The notes under the pieces are model-generated. The model saw only the letters and a program-made list of their open reading frames with translations. It was not told the origin of the DNA and did not search any database. Positions 24,142-30,933 of a DNA stretch of 32,000 nt are shown here, in pieces. This stretch comes from Desulfosudaceae bacterium (GTDB lineage Bacteria; Desulfobacterota; Desulfobacteria; Desulfobacterales; Desulfosudaceae). Made by a program: the position numbers and the translations under genes. The stretch is taken from contig JBKHHL010000004.1 of the NCBI GenBank assembly GCA_046539175.1, forward strand, positions 1 through 32,000, in the 5' to 3' direction. The first letter of the stretch is position 1. The number at the start of each line of letters is the position of its first letter.

Positions 24142-24425
24142 CTCTCAAGTTACAAAGCAGAACCGAATACATTATCATAAGGTTATCGCAGGTCAAGTAA
24201 AACGTTCCGCCCCAATCCATCATCAAAAAAACACCCCCCATAAAAACCCCATAAAAAAACCCGTTGATCCTGGGATTCCAAGCAGATAGAGTGTTTGCGC
24301 AAAAAAAACTATCATCAACGGGTGGAACTGATTATGACACAAGGCCTGCCGCCATTCAAGGCATGAAGAAGCCAAGCTCCTTTCCGACTTGACAATAACA
24401 GCCGAACCGGGATATCTGTGCGGAG
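24142..24425. promoter_or_regulatory. Divergent control region (13-kb biosynthetic operon / EEP-GDPD operon)
   Basis: 284-bp non-coding spacer. Minus strand: TTGACC (24191-24196) with TAATGT 16 nt downstream. Plus strand: TTGACA (24388-24393) with only a weak -10. It also has the direct repeat CCCCATAAAAA x2 in an A-tract block (24230-24260) and a perfect 10-bp inverted repeat, ACCCGTTGAT 24259-24268 / ATCAACGGGT 24314-24323. Confidence 0.4.
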
Positions 24426-25274
24426 ATGAGACCGCGCCAACAAAACGAACCCGACGGATTCTCCGTCATGACGATCAATGTCCGCTTCGGACTGGCCGAT
24501 TCCGGTGAGTTCAGCTGGGAAAACCGCAAAACCGCCTTCACCGAACTATTCGCCGCCTGGCAGCCTGATTTTATCGCCATGCAGGAGGTCAATGATTTCC
24601 AGGCCGCTTTTTTCAAGACCGTTTTAAGCGGCTATGGCTGCCTGGGCGAACGCCGTCCGGCCCCCACCTTCTGGCAGAATGTTCTAATTTTCCATAAAAA
24701 AACCTGGCAGTGCCGGGCTCATGACCATTTCTTTTTAAGCGACACCCCGGCGGTGCCCAGCCGCATGCCGGAGAGCAAGTGGCCGCGCCAGGCCGTTATC
24801 GGCGAATTCGTCAACGGCGACAAACGTCTGGTCTGCCTGAATACTCATTTTGATTTCAGTGAATATGTCCAGCAAAAGAGCGTCGACATCATTCTCAGGC
24901 GCCTGGCCGCCTTTGCCGCGCCCGGCACACCGGAAATTATTGCCGGTGATTTCAACGCCGGACCGGAAAGCGCCTGTTATCAATCGCTGACGGATGGTTC
25001 CTTGATCCAACCGCCCTTTCGTGATCCTTTTGACCCCGAAGCGCCCGGCACCTATCATAATTTTACCGGTTGTCCGATCAGCAGCCGGGTGGACTGGATC
25101 TTATGGCGCCACAACGCCCGCCTGCGAACCGGGCGGATCATAACTGACCGGTTCAGAAAATTCTATCCCTCGGATCATTTTCCGGTTTACGCGGCCTTTA
25201 AATATATCACCGGCCCCAACCAACCTCCGGAAACGACTTCAGACGCGGCCACCGCCGGCAGGAGGCAATTATGA
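24426..25274 (+). CDS. Endonuclease/exonuclease/phosphatase (EEP) family phosphoesterase
   Basis: The full EEP motif set is present: TINVRFG, AMQEV, LNTHFD, AGDFNA, VDWILW and PSDHFPV. The true start may be the ATG at 24468 (MTINV...). Confidence 0.75.
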   Translation: MRPRQQNEPDGFSVMTINVRFGLADSGEFSWENRKTAFTELFAAWQPDFIAMQEVNDFQAAFFKTVLSGYGCLGERRPAPTFWQNVLIFHKKTWQCRAHDHFFLSDTPAVPSRMPESKWPRQAVIGEFVNGDKRLVCLNTHFDFSEYVQQKSVDIILRRLAAFAAPGTPEIIAGDFNAGPESACYQSLTDGSLIQPPFRDPFDPEAPGTYHNFTGCPISSRVDWILWRHNARLRTGRIITDRFRKFYPSDHFPVYAAFKYITGPNQPPETTSDAATAGRRQL

Positions 25275-25948
25275 TTTTACTGGGAGCGCGCCTCAACCAA
25301 CGCTCCGGCCGGGGAACGATAGTGATCATCAAAAAAACACTGAAAAACGTCAGACATTTTTACACCGTCCGTGAAGCCAGGCAGATCACCACTGATCTCT
25401 GCCTGGAAACTCTGGCGCGATATTATAATGACCGCGGATACCTGACCAGAAAAAGCGTCTTCAGCCAGGACCGACGTCCCCGAAAAGAGGTCAACGCCCA
25501 TCCCGTTATCGTCATGGCGGCCAACGAACAGGACCGGGATATCATCACTGGCCTCCGGGAAAAAGACATTCCCGTGGAAGCGCTTTTTATCAGCCACCAG
25601 ACAACCCCGCCCGTTAACGAAAAAAATCCGGTCAGACCCGGCCTGGGCCGTGATCTGACCGTTACCGGGAACCAGCTTCTGGAAACCGCCCAGGCTGTCC
25701 TGACCCAGCAGCGGCTGGTGGTGGAGCTGCCCAGCGCGGCTGGTATGTCAACGGTACCACCGGATGATCTGCTATCGGCAGAAACGGTCAAGCAGTCTCT
25801 GGCAACAATTAAAGCGGGCCGAAGTTTCCCGGGACAGAACCAGGCGGAGCTGCTGCCGGCCCTGGCCGCCCCGGTCTGGTATCGGGAAAATTTCAAATAC
25901 CGGCCGGTTTACCGCACCAGTGCCACCTCTACCCGGCAATACAAATAA
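25271..25948 (+). CDS. Hypothetical protein
   Basis: 225-aa ORF whose ATG overlaps the EEP stop (ATGA); it is followed 12 nt later by the GDPD gene. No motif recognised. Confidence 0.5.
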   Translation: MILLGARLNQRSGRGTIVIIKKTLKNVRHFYTVREARQITTDLCLETLARYYNDRGYLTRKSVFSQDRRPRKEVNAHPVIVMAANEQDRDIITGLREKDIPVEALFISHQTTPPVNEKNPVRPGLGRDLTVTGNQLLETAQAVLTQQRLVVELPSAAGMSTVPPDDLLSAETVKQSLATIKAGRSFPGQNQAELLPALAAPVWYRENFKYRPVYRTSATSTRQYK

Positions 25949-25960
25949 CAAGGATTTTTA

Positions 25961-26665
25961 ATGAACCGTCCGCTGATTTGCCTGGCCCACAGGGGCGCCA
26001 GCGGCCACGCCCCGGAAAACACTCTGGCCGCGTTCCGCAAGGCCGTGGAACTCGGCGCCGACTGGATCGAACTGGATGTTTACGCCGTGGCCGGCGAACT
26101 GGTCGTCATCCACGACAAGCGCCTGGAGCGAACCACCAACGGAACCGGTCCCTTGTCGCGCCTGAGCCTGGATCGCTTAAGAACGCTGGACGCCGGCCAG
26201 GGAGAAAAAATCCCGTTTCTGTCCGAAGTTCTGGACGCCATGGACCGCCGGATCAATATCAATATCGAACTGAAAGGCCGCCACACCACCCGGCCCGTCC
26301 TCCGGTTGCTTGAACGCTACGTCGGCCGTCACGGCTGGCGCTACGACCAGTTTCTTTTATCCTCTTTCAATCATAATCGCGTTAAAGCGGCCAAAGCGGC
26401 CTGCCCCCAGATACCCGTCGCCCCCAACCTGTCCGCTCAGAACCGCCGGCCCAAAAAAATTCTGGCCGAAGCAGCCTCTTTTTACTCCATTCATCCGGCC
26501 GTGGAACTGGCCTCGGCCGACCTTATTGACGCCATTCACCAGGCTGGATGCCGGGCCTTCGTGTTCACGGTCAACCGGGTGGACATAATCCAGCAATTAC
26601 TCCGGATAGGCGTTGACGGCATCTTTACCAATTTCCCGGAACGGGTTATCCGGGTCCGGAACTGA
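25961..26665 (+). CDS. Glycerophosphodiester phosphodiesterase (GDPD/UgpQ-like)
   Basis: ICLAHRGASGHAPENTLAAFRKAVELGADWIELDV (catalytic HR...E..D signature), IPFLSEVL and NIELK. Confidence 0.9.
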   Translation: MNRPLICLAHRGASGHAPENTLAAFRKAVELGADWIELDVYAVAGELVVIHDKRLERTTNGTGPLSRLSLDRLRTLDAGQGEKIPFLSEVLDAMDRRININIELKGRHTTRPVLRLLERYVGRHGWRYDQFLLSSFNHNRVKAAKAACPQIPVAPNLSAQNRRPKKILAEAASFYSIHPAVELASADLIDAIHQAGCRAFVFTVNRVDIIQQLLRIGVDGIFTNFPERVIRVRN

Positions 26666-26912
26666 GCCGGCCTTGACCTGGCCTTAACTCCTCCTTGCCC
26701 CCCTCCATGACATAGTTGATTTTTTCTCCCGCGTGTAGTAAGAACTTGACAAGTTTTCCAATATCCTTTTTTTAACCTGACAGACAAAATGCGTCCTGTC
26801 GTCAGACAAACGAAACCGGGTCCAAAGGCCCCTGCCGGGACCCGGGCTGAAGAACAGATAGTTTTCCGTCAACACCGATGAGACAAGGCCTCTCTGAAAA
26901 GGAGACAATGCG

Positions 26913-27464
26913 ATGGGCAACATTCTGGATAAATTTATCTGGCTGTTTACCGGCATTATCGGTTCTCATTTAGGGCATTACCTGTACCAGGTCAAATTCG
27001 CGGATAAAATGTCCGAAGCCAGTTTGTCGGAATCATTGGCCATGCTGCTTGAAGAGGCTTTAAGGATTTTTGTCCGCTTACTGGACAATATTCTGCCCTT
27101 GCTAATCGCCTACCGGGGCTGGTTACTGATAACAGCGTTACTGATCGTATTTATCGTGGTATCACTGATTTTATTCCGAATGTTTATAAAAATAAAAAAC
27201 GACCGGGCCTACACCCAAAAAATCAAAGAGGCTGAAAACATTCTGTCGGAAGCCAAGACAAAAGCTGAAACCCAGCGTCAGGAGCACAAAAAGTTGCAGG
27301 AAAGACTCCAGGAGCATTATAAAGACAAGGAAAAGTCTTTGCAGGTACAGGTTAATCAGAAACTGGCGGAATACAAAAAACGGATCAAACAACTGGAACA
27401 GGAACGGGTCGAGTTAAAAGAGACCTCGGCCACGTTGATGCGGAGGCTCAAGGAGAAAAGGTAA
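26913..27464 (+). CDS. Membrane-anchored coiled-coil protein, unknown function
   Basis: Hydrophobic segments (LLIAYRGWLLITALLIVFIVVSLILF), then a Lys/Glu/Gln-rich heptad-like tail (KIKEAENILSEAKTKAETQRQEHKKLQERLQEHYKDKEKSLQ...). GGAGA SD. Confidence 0.55.
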   Translation: MGNILDKFIWLFTGIIGSHLGHYLYQVKFADKMSEASLSESLAMLLEEALRIFVRLLDNILPLLIAYRGWLLITALLIVFIVVSLILFRMFIKIKNDRAYTQKIKEAENILSEAKTKAETQRQEHKKLQERLQEHYKDKEKSLQVQVNQKLAEYKKRIKQLEQERVELKETSATLMRRLKEKR

Positions 27465-27484
27465 TTTCGTCCGCCGCTGGATTC

Positions 27485-27528
27485 ACACAAAGGCCCGGCC
27501 TGGTCATGACCAGGCCGGGCCTTTGTGT
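27485..27528. terminator. Bidirectional terminator hairpin
   Basis: 44-nt perfect palindrome ACACAAAGGCCCGGCCTGGTCATGACCAGGCCGGGCCTTTGTGT between convergent genes. Only a short T-stretch follows on the plus strand. Confidence 0.6.
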
Positions 27529-27604
27529 CTTTCAAACGAAAAAAATATTTTGAAAAACTCGAAACAGATAATGATAACCGGGAAAACCGGCCGGCAAGCA
27601 CTAT

Positions 27605-27940
27605 TTATTTATCGCCCTTGCTTTTCTTTTTGCCGGAACGACCACCTTTTTTAGAAAAGATAAGAGTATGCATGCCCACCCGGATGACATCATTATCTTT
27701 CAGCAGATGGTTGGTTATGCTTCGTTTATTGACATAGGTACCGTTTTTACTCTGCAAATCAGATAAGACATAACCTTCCTCGGTGGACTCAATCTTGGCA
27801 TGGACCCCGGAAACGGCAAGATTCTCAATCACCAGATCATTGGTTTTACGGCGTCCGATTAAAAAGGACTTTTTACCCTCCAATGAGTAGGTATTGATGA
27901 CATTATCCTTGAATTTGAGTGTTAATTCAGACATTGCCAT
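27605..27940 (-). CDS. Stand-alone FHA-domain protein with Lys-rich tail
   Basis: FLIGRRKTNDLVIENLAVSGVHAKI...SKNGTYVN...GMHTLIF contains the FHA core residues (GR...S.H...NG). The C-terminus reads KKGGRSGKKKSKGDK. Confidence 0.8.
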   Translation of the reverse strand: MAMSELTLKFKDNVINTYSLEGKKSFLIGRRKTNDLVIENLAVSGVHAKIESTEEGYVLSDLQSKNGTYVNKRSITNHLLKDNDVIRVGMHTLIFSKKGGRSGKKKSKGDK

Positions 27941-28084
27941 TTCCTCTAAGCAGATATTAAAACAATTATGTCAGCATTTACCGGACGCGTCAAGCTTCTC
28001 TTCGGCCGGGCAATCGCGATTACCATAGCAGTCAGCCGGCTGTTGATCAAGCTGTTGCCGTCAAAATCAGGTGACATGAAAGTT

Positions 28085-28123
28085 AATCAGTGTCCATCCC
28101 TGTGAAAGGGATGGATACTGATT
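28085..28123 (-). terminator. Terminator hairpin after the paaK-ACT unit
   Basis: 17-bp stem with one mismatch (AATCAGTGTCCATCCCT / AGGGATGGATACTGATT) and a 5-nt loop, starting 2 nt after the ACT gene stop. There is no strong U-tract. Confidence 0.5.
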
Positions 28124-28124
28124 A

Positions 28125-28556
28125 TTACATAGTATAAACGGTGCTGCCGCTAATGACTTTAATGTTATTGTCCGACAATATCTGAACCGCCCGGTCCAGA
28201 TCATCAAACCTGAATATCATAATGGCGTTATTGCCACTGTTTCGGACAAAGGCATACATATATTCGACATTAACACCCTGCCGGCTCAACATATCCAGAA
28301 GACTGTGCAGTCCGCCGGGCTTGTCCGGTACCTCCACCGCGATCACGTCATGTTTGCCGATGGTAAAGCCATTTTCCTTAAGCACGGTTCTGGCCTTTTC
28401 CGTGTCATTGACGATCATGCGAAGCACCCCGAAATCGGTGGTGTCAGCCAGGGAAAGCGCCCGAATGTTGACATTCGCTTCACTCAGGATCGAGGTCACT
28501 TCGGCCAGTCGCCCCGACCGGTTCTCAAGAAATATCGAAATCTGTTCAACGCGCAT
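28125..28556 (-). CDS. Tandem ACT-domain protein
   Basis: ISIFLENRSGRLAEVTSILSEANVNIRALSLADT, and a second repeat AVEVPDKPGGLHSLLDMLSRQGVNVEYMYAF. This is the usual small partner encoded downstream of PaaK-type ligases in anaerobes. Confidence 0.8.
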   Translation of the reverse strand: MRVEQISIFLENRSGRLAEVTSILSEANVNIRALSLADTTDFGVLRMIVNDTEKARTVLKENGFTIGKHDVIAVEVPDKPGGLHSLLDMLSRQGVNVEYMYAFVRNSGNNAIMIFRFDDLDRAVQILSDNNIKVISGSTVYTM

Positions 28557-28570
28557 GGTTTGTCTCCGTC

Positions 28571-29872
28571 TTATATCTTCCGGTTGTCCACCACCCGCAC
28601 GGCTTTACCTTCGCTGCGGGCGATTGTTTTGGGTTCCACCAGCTGCACCCTGGCGGAAACACCGAGGTACTCTTTAATATTCTTGGAGATCTTCTTTTCC
28701 GTGTCCTGTAACACCTTGACTTCGTCTGAAAAAAGACGCTCTCCCACTTCGACTTTGACCGTCAGAATATCCAGATTGTCTTCCCGGTCCACTATTAACT
28801 GGTAGTGCGGTTCGACTTCCTCCATGCCCATCAGAACGCTTTCGATCTGCGAGGGGAAAACATTGACACCGCGAATAATGAGCATGTCATCAGTCCGGCC
28901 GCTGATCCGCTCCATGCGGACATGAGTCCGACCGCACACGCAGGGCTCGGCGTTCAAGGAGGTAATATCCCGGGTCCGGTAACGAATCACCGGGAAAGCC
29001 TCCTTGGTCAGGGAAGTAAAGACCAGCTCACCTTTTTCACCATAGGGCAGCACTTCCCCGGTCTCCGGGTTGATCACTTCGGCGATAAAATGATCTTCAA
29101 ACACGTGCAATCCATTTTTGGCCTCATGGCATTCAATGGCTACCCCCGGTCCCATGACCTCGCTCAAACCGTAAATATCAACCGCGGACAGATGCAGCTT
29201 GCTTTCCAGCTCCTGGCGCATGGTTTCCGACCAGGGCTCGGCGCCGAAAACACCGGCCTTGAATCTAAAATCATCAAAGGTGACGCCCATGTCCTCGGCC
29301 ACCTCGGCCAGGTGCAGGGCGTAAGAAGGCGTCGAGGTCAGAATGGTCGGCCCGAAATCCTTCATGATCAGAATCTGTCGCTTGGTGTTGCCGCCGGAAA
29401 CGGGTATCACCGAGGCGCCCAGTTTTTCCGCGCCGTAGTGGACACCCAGGCCGCCCGTAAAAAGACCGTAGCCATAGGCGTTATGAATAACATCGCCGCG
29501 CCAGGCTCCGGCCGCGGCCAGAGACCGCGCCATCAGTTCCGCCCAGGTGTCGACATCCCGTCTGGTATAACCCACTACCGTCGGCTGACCGGTGGTTCCG
29601 GAGGAAGCATGAATCCGGACCACGTTATCCATGGGCATGGCAAACATGCCAAAAGGATAATTGTCCCGCAAATCCTGCTTGGTCGTAAAAGGAAGGCGTT
29701 GCAGATCATCTAAGGAGTTTATATCACCCGGGCGGACCCCGGCCTTGTCAAAACTTTCTTTATAAAAGGGAACCGTGACGTAAACTTTTTCCAGGGTGGA
29801 CTGCAGGCGACGCGTTTGAATGGCTGTAAGGGCTTCTCTGGGCAGCGTTTCAAAATCGATATTATAAATCAT
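28571..29872 (-). CDS. paaK: Phenylacetate-CoA ligase family enzyme
   Basis: 433 aa with PaaK-family hallmarks: [41 protein letters not shown] and [19 protein letters not shown]. Confidence 0.9.
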   Translation of the reverse strand: MIYNIDFETLPREALTAIQTRRLQSTLEKVYVTVPFYKESFDKAGVRPGDINSLDDLQRLPFTTKQDLRDNYPFGMFAMPMDNVVRIHASSGTTGQPTVVGYTRRDVDTWAELMARSLAAAGAWRGDVIHNAYGYGLFTGGLGVHYGAEKLGASVIPVSGGNTKRQILIMKDFGPTILTSTPSYALHLAEVAEDMGVTFDDFRFKAGVFGAEPWSETMRQELESKLHLSAVDIYGLSEVMGPGVAIECHEAKNGLHVFEDHFIAEVINPETGEVLPYGEKGELVFTSLTKEAFPVIRYRTRDITSLNAEPCVCGRTHVRMERISGRTDDMLIIRGVNVFPSQIESVLMGMEEVEPHYQLIVDREDNLDILTVKVEVGERLFSDEVKVLQDTEKKISKNIKEYLGVSARVQLVEPKTIARSEGKAVRVVDNRKI

Positions 29873-30023
29873 TAATTTTTCCTCTTTTCCTCCCGCTTAT
29901 CAACGCCGGCGCCGGAGAGATGGGCGACGTTATCTCTTTATTTACACAAACATAATTATTCAAATTATTTAATTGAAGAGCGATAACCGTGTCAAGGAAA
30001 TAATTGCGGCCGCGCCGGGACGA

Positions 30024-30044
30024 GGCCGGGACTTTATGAAATCC
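30024..30044 (+). repeat. Dispersed motif copy h, variant (GGCCGGGACTTTATGAAATCC)
   Basis: Shares the CCGGGA and CTTTATGAAAT halves with copies a and b. It lies in the paaK / cpsB-like divergent spacer. Confidence 0.45.
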
Positions 30045-30201
30045 GCAGCTTTTTCTGATTTTACAATTTGCTCCGGGCGCGTAAATGGGGCAGAATAGTA
30101 CCGTCCTGTTGCCAGAAGCTACAAAAAATATCATCATCCCATGGTTACCTGACCGGACCTCCGGTTCATGCTGATAGGGAGGGGCTGATCAAGGAGCGAA
30201 C

Positions 30202-30906
30202 ATGATCGATATTCACAACCATATTCTGCCGGGAGTGGATGACGGCGCCGGAGATATTGAAGAATCCCTGGCCATGGCCAGAATAGCCGAGCAAGACGGC
30301 ATCCGCCATATCATCGCCACGCCTCACCTGCTGGATCAGTCACTCGGACGGAAAGTTATTACCGACAAAGCCGAAACTTTAAATGAGATTCTGCTGTCAG
30401 CCGGGATATCGGTCCGCATCCACCCCGGGGCCGAGATTCCGGTCCATCTGCTTGAGGATGACCGCTATCGGATAGGCCTGGCCGGTTCCCGGTTTCTGCT
30501 GGTGGAATTTCCAGTTGATTCCATTATGCCCATGGCGGCGGAGCTGTTCGGCTGGTTGACCCAAAAAGGCTATAAAATCATCATTGCCCACCCGGAAAGA
30601 AATATGCTGGCGATGAAGTCTCCGGAACGAATGTTGGAACTGCTCGGCCCGGATGTATCCACGCAAATCACCGCCGGCAGCCTGACCGGTAAAATGGGCA
30701 AAGTCGCCCTGTCCCTGGCCCGGTATCTGTTAAAAAAAAACCAGGTGGGCTATCTGGCCAGCGACGCCCACAACCTTTCTGACCGACCGCCGATTTTATC
30801 TGACGCCCTGCCCATTGCTGAACGCTGCTTGAAACAACCGGCCCGGACGCTGGTGGATGAAAATCCCCGGAAAATATGGCGGCCGGCTAACCCGGATATT
30901 TTATGA
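30202..30906 (+). CDS. CpsB/YwqE-type PHP-domain protein-tyrosine phosphatase
   Basis: MIDIHNHILPGVDDGA and IIATPH are diagnostic, followed by AHPER and SDAHN metal-ligand motifs. The last five codons (NPDIL) and the TGA stop come from motif copy a. Confidence 0.85.
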   Translation: MIDIHNHILPGVDDGAGDIEESLAMARIAEQDGIRHIIATPHLLDQSLGRKVITDKAETLNEILLSAGISVRIHPGAEIPVHLLEDDRYRIGLAGSRFLLVEFPVDSIMPMAAELFGWLTQKGYKIIIAHPERNMLAMKSPERMLELLGPDVSTQITAGSLTGKMGKVALSLARYLLKKNQVGYLASDAHNLSDRPPILSDALPIAERCLKQPARTLVDENPRKIWRPANPDIL

Positions 30907-30909
30907 AAT
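30887..30909 (+). repeat. Dispersed motif copy a (CTAACCCGGATATTTTATGAAAT)
   Basis: Matches the other copies. It spans the stop of the phosphatase gene and lies 25-47 nt upstream of the next ATG (30934). Confidence 0.8.
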
Positions 30910-30933
30910 TTTCTGGAACAGGCGGGTAACCCC

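Noticed and set aside
27968-28105. 46-aa plus-strand ORF (MSAFTGRVKLLFGRAIAITIAVSRLLIKLL...) with one hydrophobic helix
   Set aside because: It has no SD, its stop lies in the loop of the terminator hairpin, and it sits in the leader region of the FHA gene. It is possible but unsupported.
28805-29713. 302-aa plus-strand ORF
   Set aside because: Antisense shadow of the well-supported paaK gene, with no recognisable motifs.
30912-30930. Sigma54-like promoter (CTGGAACAGGCGGGTAAC) before the O-antigen-ligase-like gene
   Set aside because: The GG is present, but there is no TTGC element at the -12 position with correct spacing. GGCGGG is more simply the SD of the ATG at 30934.
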